Source: Patescibacteria group bacterium (GTDB taxonomy: Bacteria > Patescibacteriota > Patescibacteriia > CAIXNZ01). From it: 64,000 nucleotides of DNA. The stretch lies in assembly GCA_041651155.1 (NCBI GenBank), contig JBAZJU010000003.1, positions 19,789-83,788 on the forward strand. The letters are read 5' to 3'. The position numbers and the translations under genes were made by a program. This document shows, piece after piece, positions 9,563-19,871 of the stretch. A model generated the notes under the pieces. It was not told the DNA's origin, ran no database searches, and saw nothing but the letters and a program-made list of their open reading frames with translations. Numbering within the stretch: position 1 is the stretch's first letter; every line of letters starts with the position of its first letter.

Positions 9563-10966
9563 ATGACAAAATCTAAAATTTGCACAATTTTATTATTTTT
9601 AAGTTTACTTTTATCCCCTATTTTAGCCGTAAACCCAGCTTTAGCTTTTGATTTTGATCCTAATGATATTATTTCTGATGGGGATTTACAGGATTATAGC
9701 ACCATGGATATGAATGCGATCCAGGATTTTTTAAATAATCAAAAAGGTATTTTAAAAACATACAACACAAATGATAATTTTGGCATTACCAGATCAGCAG
9801 CTGAAATTATTTATAATGCAGCCCAGACATATAAAATTAATCCTAAATGGATTTTAGCTACCTTGCAAAAAGAACAAAGCTTAGTAACTAACCCAACGCC
9901 TAAGCAGCGCGATTTAGATTGGGCCATGGGCTATGCGGTTTGTGATTCCTGCTCAACCGATGATCCCCAGATTGCTATGTTTAAAGGCTTTGGCACGCAG
10001 GTTGATCGCGCTACCTATCGCATCAGATATTATTATGATCATCCCAATGAATTTAATTATAAGATTGGGCAGCAATGCACAATAGATGGCCAAAATGTTT
10101 CTCCTTATAGCCAGGCCACTGCCAATTTGTATATTTACACTCCTCATTTGAAAGGCAATTATAATTTTTGGAATATCTGGAATCGCTGGTTTTCTAAAAT
10201 TTATCCGGATGGCACATTAATTCAGCAAACAGGCAGTGATAAAGTTTGGTTAATTGCCGGTGGCAAGCGCCGTGAATTTTGGTCAAAATCTGCGTTAGCA
10301 AGCCGTTTCGGCACTAATAGAATTACTGAGGTTTCTAAAAATGATTTGCAAAGATATGAAATCGGCTATCCGATTAAATATGCCAATTATTCGCTGTTGA
10401 AATCACCGGCTGGCAAAATCTACCTGATTGTTAATAATGAAAAAAAGGAAATTGAATCAGCTGAAGTTTTTCGCGAAATTGGTTATAATGAAGATGAGGT
10501 GATTGAGGTGACAGATGAAGAATTGTCATATTATGCTGATGGCCGCCAAATTACTTTAAATAGCCTTTATCCGCAAGGCGCATTGCTTCAAGATAAAAAT
10601 ACAGGCGGAGTTTATTATGTTGAAGACGGCATTAAATATCCGATCTGGTCAAAAGAAATTTTAGCTATAAATTATAATAAGAGTTATAAGGTCACTAAAG
10701 TCAGTCCTGAAGAACTGGATAAATATGTGACAGCAGCAAATGGCGTTAAATTGAGAGACGGCACGCTTGTAAAATTACCCGCAGAAAATAAAGTTTATGT
10801 GATTTCCAATGGCCAGCGACGCTGGATTAGCAATGAAAATACTTTTAATCAATTGGGTTATACCTGGTCAGAAGTTATAACAGTCAATGACAAAGTCTTT
10901 AGCTTGCATCCACAGGGAGAAGATCTTGATCTCTTGGTAGGCAATACCAAAATAGCAACTAATTAA
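9563..10966 (+). CDS. Secreted surface protein: lysozyme-like N-domain plus repeated VYxIxxG-KR modules
   Basis: Signal peptide; INPKWILATLQKEQSL and LYIYTPH; several C-terminal repeats. Confidence 0.6.
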   Translation: MTKSKICTILLFLSLLLSPILAVNPALAFDFDPNDIISDGDLQDYSTMDMNAIQDFLNNQKGILKTYNTNDNFGITRSAAEIIYNAAQTYKINPKWILATLQKEQSLVTNPTPKQRDLDWAMGYAVCDSCSTDDPQIAMFKGFGTQVDRATYRIRYYYDHPNEFNYKIGQQCTIDGQNVSPYSQATANLYIYTPHLKGNYNFWNIWNRWFSKIYPDGTLIQQTGSDKVWLIAGGKRREFWSKSALASRFGTNRITEVSKNDLQRYEIGYPIKYANYSLLKSPAGKIYLIVNNEKKEIESAEVFREIGYNEDEVIEVTDEELSYYADGRQITLNSLYPQGALLQDKNTGGVYYVEDGIKYPIWSKEILAINYNKSYKVTKVSPEELDKYVTAANGVKLRDGTLVKLPAENKVYVISNGQRRWISNENTFNQLGYTWSEVITVNDKVFSLHPQGEDLDLLVGNTKIATN

Positions 10967-10978
10967 TAACCAACCTTT

Positions 10979-11013
10979 GTTGGCCATAGCCAACTACGGT
11001 TGGCGAAGGCCAA
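10979..11013. repeat. REP-like hairpin
   Basis: TTGGCCATAGCCAACTACGGTTGGCGAAGGCCAA. Confidence 0.5.
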
Positions 11014-11134
11014 TAATCAAATCCCAAATACCAAATAAATTGCAAAATTACAAATCGCAAATTGTTAAGATTTTGGTATTTAGCGCTTGAGATTTATTTG
11101 TAATTTGATATTTGGCATTTGTAATTTTAAAAGT

Positions 11135-11923
11135 ATGATTGTTTTTAGCGCGATTTGTCCCCATCCGCCAATTCTCATTCCTAATATCGGCAAGGACAAT
11201 TTGGATAAAATTAAAGATACGGCCAAGGCCTTAAAAGATTTGGAAAAAGATTTATATGCTGCCAAGCCTGATGTTATTTTGATTATCTCGCCTCATGGAG
11301 AAATAATTCCTGATGCCTTTTCCATAAATTTAAATTCAAGTTATTACCTTGATTTTGAGGAGTTCGGTGATTTTACCACTAAGGCAGAATTTAAAAGCAG
11401 CCCGAGGCTAGTTTTACAATTAAAAGAAAGGGTTGAAAATCAATTTCCTCTGATATTATCAAGTATGAATAAATTAGATCATGGCGCAGGCGTGCCGCTT
11501 TTTTATCTGACTAAGCATCTTAAAAATATTGAAATTATCCCCTTATCTTATAGCCTGCTTGATTATGACAAGCATTTCCAATTTGGCCAGCTTTTGAAAA
11601 AAGAGCTTGTCAAAAGCGACAAACGCGTGGCAATTATTGCTTCCGGTGATATGTCCCATGTTTTAACCAAAGACGCTCCTGCCGGCTATTCACCCAAAGG
11701 AGCTGAATTTGATGCCAAGCTTGTTAACCTGTTGAAACGCAAGGATATGCGCGGTATTTTAAATCTTGACCATAAATTGATTGAGGAGGCGGCAGAATGC
11801 GGTCTGCGTTCATTTTTAATCTTATTGGGAATTATTGAAGAATATAAATATGATGTTGAAGTCTTGTCTTATGAAGGGCCTTTTGGCGTGGGTTATCTAG
11901 TGGCAAATTTTAAGTTGGTGTAA
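11135..11923 (+). CDS. amrB: AmmeMemoRadiSam protein B (MEMO1/LigB-like)
   Basis: PHPP, ISPH, LDHG, ASGDMSH, ECG, SYEGPFGVGY; start moved to ATG 11135. Confidence 0.88.
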   Translation: MIVFSAICPHPPILIPNIGKDNLDKIKDTAKALKDLEKDLYAAKPDVILIISPHGEIIPDAFSINLNSSYYLDFEEFGDFTTKAEFKSSPRLVLQLKERVENQFPLILSSMNKLDHGAGVPLFYLTKHLKNIEIIPLSYSLLDYDKHFQFGQLLKKELVKSDKRVAIIASGDMSHVLTKDAPAGYSPKGAEFDAKLVNLLKRKDMRGILNLDHKLIEEAAECGLRSFLILLGIIEEYKYDVEVLSYEGPFGVGYLVANFKLV

Positions 11924-11950
11924 TTTATAAAAAATAATTTTGTCTTCACG

Positions 11951-11982
11951 ACCGAAGGAGCGATTGGCCAATCGCTCCTTCG
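11951..11982. repeat. Palindromic REP-like element
   Basis: CGAAGGAGCGATTGGCCAATCGCTCCTTCG; related copy at 21118-21166. Confidence 0.7.
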
Positions 11983-12030
11983 TTTATTTGGGAGTAAAAA
12001 AAGAACTCTCTGCGGAGAGTTCTGTAAGTT

Positions 12031-12570
12031 TTAAGATGACGAATAAATCGCTTTGCACTTGGGTTTGAGTTTATCGGCTATGACCGAAAGCTCAAGCATT
12101 TCTTCAAGCGAAAATTTTTTAGGATTCAGATCAGAAAGCATGTATTCGATGGACTTGGCAAATTGCTCTCGAAAAAATGTTTTCAGGTTTTCAATCGCGT
12201 CTGGTGGTTTGGAGGCAAACTTTGTTTCTGCTAGGACCACATAAACACTCGCCGTGATTTGATATCCAAGTTTATTAATTATTAATTCTATCGCTTGTTT
12301 GCAATAGAAATAATAAGCATTTCTTTGATTGCCGATATCCCGGTCTATCTTATTAAAAATTTCCAGGATACCCCGCATTAGCGCTAGCGGATCTTTGCTG
12401 GCAATCAAAGGCCTCATTATCTGTCTGACTTTTGCTTGCTTTTCTTGCTGGTTTTTCTCCCTGGTTGCTAATTCCTCTAAATGTTCCTTGGTGTAGGTGG
12501 TGGTGCCCTCTCTTCCATCTGGGCTTATTAATTTTACTTTACCTATTACTTTTTGATCAGATCCAGCCAT
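12031..12570 (-). CDS. Hypothetical protein in antisense cassette between amrB and amrA
   Basis: AAAGGAGG SD; TTGACG-17-TAAGCT 12640-12612; terminator AGAACTCTC/GAGAGTTCT. Confidence 0.7.
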   Translation of the reverse strand: MAGSDQKVIGKVKLISPDGREGTTTYTKEHLEELATREKNQQEKQAKVRQIMRPLIASKDPLALMRGILEIFNKIDRDIGNQRNAYYFYCKQAIELIINKLGYQITASVYVVLAETKFASKPPDAIENLKTFFREQFAKSIEYMLSDLNPKKFSLEEMLELSVIADKLKPKCKAIYSSS

Positions 12571-12681
12571 TTTTTCCTCCTTTGGCTATTTATTTTTTTT
12601 AACTTTATCTTAGCTTAACACGGTAATTTTGTCTCGTCAATTTCAATTGAATTTTAAAGATTTTAATGATAAAATTTGATT

Positions 12682-13197
12682 ATGGATCCCTATATTCAAT
12701 TAGCGCAACAAACTATTTTTAATCATTTTGGCGTAAAGCAAGCCGATTTAGAATCTTTGAATTTGCCTAAAGAAATGTTAACCAAAAAAGCAGGAGTTTT
12801 TGTGACTTTATACCGCCATGGCAAATTGCGCGGTTGTATTGGCACATTAGAGCCAACTAAAAAAAATATTGCAGAGGAAATTAAACAAAACGCAATTTGG
12901 TCAGCTACAGAAGATCCCCGCTTTGAACCTGTAATAGCCAAAGAATTAGAGGATTTAAATATTTCTGTTGATGTTTTAAATCCCTCGGTTGCAATTAAGG
13001 ATATAAAAGAATTAAACCCTAAAAAATATGGCGTTATTGTGGAAGCAGGCAGAAAAAAAGGGTTGCTTTTGCCTGATTTGGAAGGAGTTGAAACAGTTGA
13101 CGAGCAAATAAGTATTGCTTGCGAAAAAGCCGGCATTGATCCTGCAAAAGAAAATTTTTTAGTATATAAATTTACAGTTACCAGACATGAAGCCTAA
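12682..13197 (+). CDS. amrA: AmmeMemoRadiSam protein A (AMMECR1 domain)
   Basis: GVFVTL...LRGCIG, DPRF, GLLLPDL. Confidence 0.92.
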   Translation: MDPYIQLAQQTIFNHFGVKQADLESLNLPKEMLTKKAGVFVTLYRHGKLRGCIGTLEPTKKNIAEEIKQNAIWSATEDPRFEPVIAKELEDLNISVDVLNPSVAIKDIKELNPKKYGVIVEAGRKKGLLLPDLEGVETVDEQISIACEKAGIDPAKENFLVYKFTVTRHEA

Positions 13198-15094
13198 AAT
13201 AGCTCAAATAATACCATTTGTCCGCTTAACAAGAAGCTTGAATTTTTTTGACTATATTATCCCGGAGGAGCTACGGTCAGAAATAAAAGTCGGACAATTA
13301 GTAGAAATCCCCTTTAGAAACAAGATGGTTAAAGGGGTTATTTTAGGTTTAGCAGAAAGTTCAAAGTATGAAAGTATAAAGTTAAAACAGATTTCTAAAA
13401 TAGTTGAACCTATTCCCCTTTTGGCCACTTGGCAAATTACTTTAATTAAAGATTTATCGCAATATTATTTTGTTTCCATGGCTACTATTTTGAAAATGCT
13501 GATTCCTGAAATTCCTAAAAAAGTAAGATTAAGTCGTAAGAAAATTTTACAAGAATTAAATTTTTTATCTGCGCCAAAATCAGAAATTGCGCTTGAACAA
13601 TTTTATAATTCTGCCAAACCAATTTTGTTACGCTGTTATAAATTTGAGGATAAAATTGGAGCTTATCTTGCTTTGATTAAAAAGGTTTTAAAACAAGATA
13701 AGCAGATTGTAATTATTGCGCCGACCCTAAACGAACTAAATAAAATTTATCAATATTTGGGTGATTTTAAAGAAGAAGTTTCCGTGTTTTTAAATGATTT
13801 GCCAAAAAACAAATATTATTATGAATGGCTGAGGATTAAAAATAGCCAGGCAAAAATTATTTTAGGCACGCGCAGCGCAATTTTTGCGCCATTTAAAAAT
13901 TTAGACTTAATTATTATTGACGAAGAAGATAATGAAAATCACAAGCAGGAAGAGCCTAATCCGCGTTATAATGTAAAAACAATTGCCTTAAAATTACAGA
14001 AACTAATTATAGCAAAAGTCATTTTTACTGCCAGAACCCCATCAATGGCTAGTTTGCATAACGTCGCTCTTAAAGAATGGCAATTTTATGAAATCAATAA
14101 GCCAAAAGACTGGCCAAAAATAAAAATAATAGACCGACAGATTGAATTTAAAAAAGGTAATTATTCTATATTTAGCGAGGAACTTTTAAAATGCATTGAG
14201 TATAATCTAAAGCGCGCTCAAAGAATATTTTTATTTTTAAATCGTAAAGGTTTAGCCACGGTTTTGTCCTGCAAAGATTGCGGATATTTGGCAAACTGCC
14301 CCACATGCAAACTGCCTTTGACTTGCCAGGTTAGCAAAGAATTAGTCTGCCATCACTGCAATTATAAACAAGATATTTTTCTATTTTGTCCGCAGTGCAA
14401 AAGCCCAAATATAAAAATTACTGGGACTGGCACAGCCAAGGTGGAATTAGAGATAAGTAAATTGTTTCCCCAAGCCAGAGTTTTAAAACTAGACATTGAC
14501 AGCCCTTTGAATAATAAAAAGATTGCTGATTATGATATTATTATTGGCACCCAATATGCCTTTGATTATTTAAATTGGAAGGAAATAAATTTAGCCTGCG
14601 CTTTAAATGCAGATACGTTGCTTTATTTGCCAGATTATCGCAGTGCTGAAAAAACATTTAATCTTTTAGCTGGACTGGCAATATCTATGGCAGATCCCAA
14701 AAAAGAATTTTTGGTTCAGACTTTCTCAGCAGATAATTATATTTTTTATGACTTGCCTGCGCTTGATTATAAAACATTTTATAAAAAAGAAATTACTGAA
14801 CGCCAAGATTTACATTATCCGCCTGTGGCAAAGCTAGTAAAATTAATTTACCAAAGCATTGAATTTAACGGCGGCCAAGCAGAAATAAATAAAGTCTATA
14901 GAGAATTAGTTTCAAAAGTTGATATAAATAAAGTTATTATTAATCCCCCGCTTTTAGCTTATACTCAGCAGGTTCGCGGCCGTTTTCGCTGGCAAATTAT
15001 TATTAAGCTATTAGAGCTGGATCTGAAATTAGATTTTTTGAATGATTTGCCTGAGGATGTGATAATTGATGTTGAACCGGAAAATCTGCTATAA
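13187..15094 (+). CDS. priA: Primosomal protein N' with degenerate helicase motifs
   Basis: FDY, GTRSAIFAP, IIIDEE, PRY, four CxxC pairs, DVEP end; Walker A not recognisable. Confidence 0.85.
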   Translation: MKPKIAQIIPFVRLTRSLNFFDYIIPEELRSEIKVGQLVEIPFRNKMVKGVILGLAESSKYESIKLKQISKIVEPIPLLATWQITLIKDLSQYYFVSMATILKMLIPEIPKKVRLSRKKILQELNFLSAPKSEIALEQFYNSAKPILLRCYKFEDKIGAYLALIKKVLKQDKQIVIIAPTLNELNKIYQYLGDFKEEVSVFLNDLPKNKYYYEWLRIKNSQAKIILGTRSAIFAPFKNLDLIIIDEEDNENHKQEEPNPRYNVKTIALKLQKLIIAKVIFTARTPSMASLHNVALKEWQFYEINKPKDWPKIKIIDRQIEFKKGNYSIFSEELLKCIEYNLKRAQRIFLFLNRKGLATVLSCKDCGYLANCPTCKLPLTCQVSKELVCHHCNYKQDIFLFCPQCKSPNIKITGTGTAKVELEISKLFPQARVLKLDIDSPLNNKKIADYDIIIGTQYAFDYLNWKEINLACALNADTLLYLPDYRSAEKTFNLLAGLAISMADPKKEFLVQTFSADNYIFYDLPALDYKTFYKKEITERQDLHYPPVAKLVKLIYQSIEFNGGQAEINKVYRELVSKVDINKVIINPPLLAYTQQVRGRFRWQIIIKLLELDLKLDFLNDLPEDVIIDVEPENLL

Positions 15095-15134
15095 AAAAAA
15101 CCCGTTTTGGAAAACGGGTTTTGGCTGTATTTTT

Positions 15135-15668
15135 TTAGGCAGCGTTTTTTTGATGTTTTTGCTTGATGTGCATATGTTTGTGATCTTCAAAAAAATGTAT
15201 TTCTGCAATTCTCTTGATGTCATTGGCCATGGTAAATTTTGTAGCCCAAACCTCAACCGTTTTGCCTTCTCCCAGACAGGCGCGTACAAGAGGTTCATAA
15301 TCAGAGTCGCCCGAGACCAAGATTAAATGATCAAATTCATTCTTGTATAAATGCCCGGCCATTTTTACAGAAATATAATTGTCAGTCCTGCTTTTGCCGG
15401 TTTTTTCAATCGGGCAAGCAGGCGCGTAACTTTTATACGGTGTAAAAATTATTTCAAAGTTTAATTCCTCCTCCAAAAAATGAAGGAAATCGTTTTTTTG
15501 AGGAGCATTACGCGGTGCATCGTAAAAAACATAGGCCATGACAATTTCCTTTTTATTGCCTTTGCCATGTGAAATATGCTTTAAAAATGCTTTTAAATCA
15601 ATATTATGGCCAATGGCTCTGGTCATGCCAGAAAAATTAGGCATGTCAATCGCTATTGCTAGCCTCAT
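15135..15668 (-). CDS. NYN-domain (LabA/DUF88, PIN-like) protein in antisense cassette
   Basis: IDMPN, KSRTD, LVSGDSDYEP; AAGGAG SD; terminator 15093-15122. Confidence 0.8.
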   Translation of the reverse strand: MRLAIAIDMPNFSGMTRAIGHNIDLKAFLKHISHGKGNKKEIVMAYVFYDAPRNAPQKNDFLHFLEEELNFEIIFTPYKSYAPACPIEKTGKSRTDNYISVKMAGHLYKNEFDHLILVSGDSDYEPLVRACLGEGKTVEVWATKFTMANDIKRIAEIHFFEDHKHMHIKQKHQKNAA

Positions 15669-15749
15669 CTTCGTCTCCTTTCACCCTTGAAATTTTCTCC
15701 TATCTATGCTAGAATAGAGAATATTCAATCTTACTATATTTTTTTATTT

Positions 15750-16205
15750 ATGTCAAGCCTTAAGCTAATCAAAGTGCCGAATCCAATTTTACGGCAAAAA
15801 GCCCAAGAAATTAATAAAATTACACCTGCAATCAAGCAGCTTATTTTAGATATGGGGCAATCAATGAAAGAAAATAAGGGTGTTGGCTTGGCTGCGCCAC
15901 AAATCGGCCAAAGCATACGTTTATGTGTAATTAGCACAGAACAAGGGCCATTAGCTCTAATTAATCCACAAATAACCCGGAAATCTTTGAGAAAAGAAGC
16001 TGAAGAAGAAGGTTGTTTAAGTTGTCCGGGTGTCTGGGGCTTGGTTAAACGCTCTAAGGTTATTTATGTTAAAGCTTTAAACCAAGACGGCAAGGACATT
16101 AAATTCAGGGCTGAAGGCTTATTTGCCCGTGTTATTCAACATGAAGTTGATCATTTGGCTGGTGTTTTGATAATTGATAAATTTGAAAATAAAAAAAAGA
16201 GGTAA
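15750..16205 (+). CDS. def: Peptide deformylase
   Basis: GVGLAAPQ, EGCLS, QHEVDH. Confidence 0.95.
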   Translation: MSSLKLIKVPNPILRQKAQEINKITPAIKQLILDMGQSMKENKGVGLAAPQIGQSIRLCVISTEQGPLALINPQITRKSLRKEAEEEGCLSCPGVWGLVKRSKVIYVKALNQDGKDIKFRAEGLFARVIQHEVDHLAGVLIIDKFENKKKR

Positions 16206-16238
16206 TCAAATACGATCACCTCATTGTTTAAACTCCTT

Positions 16239-16340
16239 TTAGCCAAACATCATGTCGTGCCATTCTTTTTTTGCTTTGTAGCGCCAGAGGACTAAAAGTC
16301 CAATAATAATAAATGCTACGGCTAAGATTCCCAAAATCAT
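16239..16340 (-). CDS. 33-aa single-TM peptide (not in ORF track)
   Basis: MILGILAVAFIIIGLLVLWRYKAKKEWHDMMFG; AAGGAGGG SD; promoter 16397-16368; terminator ~16192-16222. Confidence 0.65.
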   Translation of the reverse strand: MILGILAVAFIIIGLLVLWRYKAKKEWHDMMFG

Positions 16341-16390
16341 TTTACCCTCCTTTTTAAAGCTATTTTAAACTTAGCATAATATTTAAATAA

Positions 16391-17338
16391 ATGTCAATAG
16401 ATTTAAAGAAAATTAAAGTAATTTTTATGGGTACGCCGGAGTTTAGCGCGCCTATTTTAAATGTTTTAATTGAAAATTATAATGTTATGGCTGTCGTAAC
16501 ACAGCCTGATAAAAAAGTCGGGCGTAAACAAATTTTAACAGCTTCTCCGATAAAACAAATTGCTTTGGCAAATCAGATTGATGTTTTACAACCAGATAAA
16601 ATAAAGGGTAATACAGGATTTATTCAAAAAGTAAAAGCATTAGAGCCTGATTTAATTATTATTGCTGCCTATGGTTTAATTTTGCCAAAAGAAATTTTAG
16701 ACATGCCTAAATATAAAGTAATTAATGTCCATGCTTCGCTTTTACCAAAATATCGCGGTGCTTCCCCTATTCAAGCAGCGATTTTAAATGGTGACAAAGA
16801 AACTGGCGTGACTATTATGTTGGTTAATGAAAAAATGGATGAAGGCGACATTTTAACTCAGGAAAAGGTCAAAATAATGCCTGAGGAAACTTCCGAATCT
16901 TTACATGCTAAACTTTCAGTCTTGGGTACAAAATTATTAATGGAAACTTTGCCTAAATGGTTAGATAAGGAAATTAGACCTCAAAAACAAGATGACAGCC
17001 AGGCAACTTATTGTAAATTAATTTCTAAAGAAGATGGCCAGATTAATTGGCAAAAATCTGCGCTTGAAATTGAGCGTCAGGTGCGGGCTTTAAATCCTTG
17101 GCCGGGAACCTGGGCTAATTGGAATTCTAAAAAATTGAAGATTTTAAAGTCAAAAATTTATGAAGTTGATAAGGCTGGCGAGGTTGGCGAGGTTTTTAAA
17201 CTTAATAATGGTCTGGGAGTTTATTGCGGTCAAAATGCTTTAGAAATTTTAGAACTTCAGCTGGAAGGTAAAAAGCCCATGACAGCCAAGGAATTTTTAA
17301 ATGGGTACCCGGGTATTATTGGCGCCACTTTAATTTAA
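16391..17338 (+). CDS. fmt: Methionyl-tRNA formyltransferase
   Basis: FMGTPEF, NVHASLLPKYRGASPI, MDEGD. Confidence 0.96.
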   Translation: MSIDLKKIKVIFMGTPEFSAPILNVLIENYNVMAVVTQPDKKVGRKQILTASPIKQIALANQIDVLQPDKIKGNTGFIQKVKALEPDLIIIAAYGLILPKEILDMPKYKVINVHASLLPKYRGASPIQAAILNGDKETGVTIMLVNEKMDEGDILTQEKVKIMPEETSESLHAKLSVLGTKLLMETLPKWLDKEIRPQKQDDSQATYCKLISKEDGQINWQKSALEIERQVRALNPWPGTWANWNSKKLKILKSKIYEVDKAGEVGEVFKLNNGLGVYCGQNALEILELQLEGKKPMTAKEFLNGYPGIIGATLI

Positions 17339-17401
17339 CATTTTAATTAATATAAAACCGACTTCTGAAAGTCGGTTTTTATAGCGCAAATTTTCTCAAT
17401 T

Positions 17402-17872
17402 TTAGCGAGAAATATTTTTGCAGCTCTGGCATTTGTAAACATCACGTTTACCTTGTTTTGTGTCAATGGTTATTTTGCTTTTGACACGAGTAATTTGCCC
17501 ACAGTGTGGGCATGACCAGCCATAACCGCCTTCATACGCAGAAGGAATCTCATAATAATCAGGCAAATTCAATTGAACACTTATTCGGCTATTTGCCAAA
17601 CCCTTGCTTCCAGCTTCTTTTCCTGTGGTACGGTAGAAAGTTTTGCATTTTTTGCAACGCCTGATTTTTTTGCTGCCCTGAATAGTTTTTTTAATAAAAG
17701 GGTGGGAATCTTCAAAACTAGATTGGCAAGTTGGGCAGTTTACAGATAATGGAAAGTCATAAAAATCTGGCCGATAATTTTTTCCAGGCTTGCCAGCTTT
17801 CCTGTCAGCTGCCTTTTGACGGCGAATGTGGCGGCGCATTCCTTTGCTTAATGGGCTTTCAACAAACGGCAT
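17402..17872 (-). CDS. Basic multi-zinc-ribbon protein in stand-alone cassette
   Basis: Four CxxC pairs; TAAGGAGG SD; TTGACA-17-TAAGAT 18001-17973; terminator ~17354-17380. Confidence 0.7.
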   Translation of the reverse strand: MPFVESPLSKGMRRHIRRQKAADRKAGKPGKNYRPDFYDFPLSVNCPTCQSSFEDSHPFIKKTIQGSKKIRRCKKCKTFYRTTGKEAGSKGLANSRISVQLNLPDYYEIPSAYEGGYGWSCPHCGQITRVKSKITIDTKQGKRDVYKCQSCKNISR

Positions 17873-18085
17873 TTTTTCCTCCTTATAGAATTTTTAGGAG
17901 GCCCGGGGGACTTTTAGACCTTATTAAGGGAGCTAAATTACTCCAGGCCTCCTCTGCCGATGATACATTGGTATCTTAAATAGATTTTATAAAATTGTCA
18001 AGGCACGTCGTTCGCAAAACGACGTGCCAAGGAAATCAAAAACACCCCAACGTATGTTAGAGTGTTTTTGGTATCGTATAGATGA

Positions 18086-18274
18086 TTAAAATCTGCGAAA
18101 ACTTTTGCGTCTGTTTCTATTGCAATCTCTGCAATAAACTGGTCGGTCTGGAGATGGTTTGAATGGAAGTGAAGTAATATCAACACCACATTCAGCGCAT
18201 TTCAAACCCATATCAGTTACATCAAACATTGGTCTAGGAGCTTGGTTATCATCACGAAAATTAGAATAAGCCAT
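18086..18274 (-). CDS. CxxC-x17-CxxC zinc-binding protein
   Basis: CAECG...PFKP...PVYCRDC. Confidence 0.85.
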   Translation of the reverse strand: MAYSNFRDDNQAPRPMFDVTDMGLKCAECGVDITSLPFKPSPDRPVYCRDCNRNRRKSFRRF

Positions 18275-18281
18275 ATTTAGT

Positions 18282-18467
18282 TTAAGTCCCTTGTAAACAA
18301 GGTCGTTTAATTAATTATTTGGTTTTTGCCTAGTCGACTTATCCGCGGTGCGGATCCAAGGACTTAACTTTCTGACTTATCTCTAATTTAATTGATCTAA
18401 GTTTTTGAAGTTAAACTAACCAAAGTTTTAATAGTTCTAGTATACTCTATTTTAAAGTTTCTGTCAA
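18282..18467 (-). promoter_or_regulatory. Promoter and structured 5' leader of CxxC-x17-CxxC gene
   Basis: TTGACA-17-TATACT 18467-18439; stem 18357-18367/18282-18293; hairpin ATCCGC/GCGGAT. Confidence 0.55.
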
Positions 18468-18473
18468 GAAGCG

Positions 18474-19721
18474 CTATTCTGTTTCATAATGGGTAAGCTC
18501 TGGTTTATCCTGCATAGCTACTGATTTTCTAAAGCCTATTCTATCATGCGCTTGATCACCCAACCCCCACATTCGGCCACAAAAGACCGTATATTCGCCA
18601 AATTTATCATTTATTCGGTCTAGTGCTATGCTTAGATTTTTATCTTTTGCCTTGTAGAATAAGTTTAATTGGCCAGTTAGCGACTGGAGGCGGGTAACTG
18701 ACACAGCCAGCATGTAGACCTTGGTTTTGGGCGGATTTTGCAAAATAAGGCTGTAAGCAGCCTGAAATATTTCTTCAGTGGTAAATAAGGTTTCCGCTGT
18801 TTTATGGCTTTTAAAAAAGCCACCGCCGTATTTTAAACTATAGCCGCTGCAAATGCCCCGGGCTTCTAAGCCAGATTCTCTTAAACGCCGGCCGGTTTTT
18901 TCACAGAGTTTCATTAAAACAGCGCTAAGATATTTTAAATCATTGGTTTGTTTGGGAATACAGTATGAATGGCCAATTGATTTTGGTAAAATTTCCTCCT
19001 CTGTTCTCACTCCTTCAATTTCCACTCCATTAGCATTGGCCCAGAGATAATAACCTGGTTTGCCCAGAGCCTGCATTATATTAGCAACTGGGAAATTTTT
19101 TAAATCCAGCAAAGTATAAATGCCCAGCTGGTTTAAACGTCTTTCCATTCTTTGTTTAATGCCCCAGGCTTCAGTTATTTTAACCTGGGAAAATATTAGC
19201 TCCATTTTTTTAATAGAATCAATCAGCAAGTAATTATCTTTCTCGCAAATATCAGAACCAAATTTGGCCAAAAAGCGCGTCCAGGAAATTCCGATTGAGC
19301 AAGTTAGCCAATCTCCTACTTCTTTTTTAATCCTATTTTTAATTTCTGTGGCGATTTTTTCTACTTGCTGCCAATTTTTAATATAGCCTGTTAAATCCAA
19401 AAAAGCTTCGTCAATGCTATAAGGTTCAATCCGTTCAGTATAGTCGCTTAAGATTTTAAATATCTTTTCAGTAGTTGATCTATATTTGGCTGGTTCGTTT
19501 TCAACTAAAATAACTTTGGTATAAAGCTTTTTGGCTTCTGAAACCAGACAGCCGGTTTTAATGCCCACTTTTTTGGCTTCTTTGGATGAGGCAATAATAC
19601 AGCCCTTGGGACTCAAATACGCGCAGACACCAACAGGCTTTCCGCGATAAAAAGGATTGGCCTGCTGTTCAACAGAGGCAAAATAGGAATTCATATCAAT
19701 GTGGAGGATGAAATTGGCCAT
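18474..19721 (-). CDS. dinB: Y-family DNA polymerase IV
   Basis: HIDMNSYFASVE, SIDEAFLD, KSIGHS. Confidence 0.9.
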   Translation of the reverse strand: MANFILHIDMNSYFASVEQQANPFYRGKPVGVCAYLSPKGCIIASSKEAKKVGIKTGCLVSEAKKLYTKVILVENEPAKYRSTTEKIFKILSDYTERIEPYSIDEAFLDLTGYIKNWQQVEKIATEIKNRIKKEVGDWLTCSIGISWTRFLAKFGSDICEKDNYLLIDSIKKMELIFSQVKITEAWGIKQRMERRLNQLGIYTLLDLKNFPVANIMQALGKPGYYLWANANGVEIEGVRTEEEILPKSIGHSYCIPKQTNDLKYLSAVLMKLCEKTGRRLRESGLEARGICSGYSLKYGGGFFKSHKTAETLFTTEEIFQAAYSLILQNPPKTKVYMLAVSVTRLQSLTGQLNLFYKAKDKNLSIALDRINDKFGEYTVFCGRMWGLGDQAHDRIGFRKSVAMQDKPELTHYETE

Positions 19722-19871
19722 GATTATATTTTATTTTTTTAATAATTAAATTTCGTTTTAATTTTAAATTTTTAATGACTAATTATTAATTAATTTTTTT
19801 AATGTTTTAATGCCTAAATTAAATCATTATAACATTTAGTCATTGATTAAAAATTAGAAATTAATCATTTG

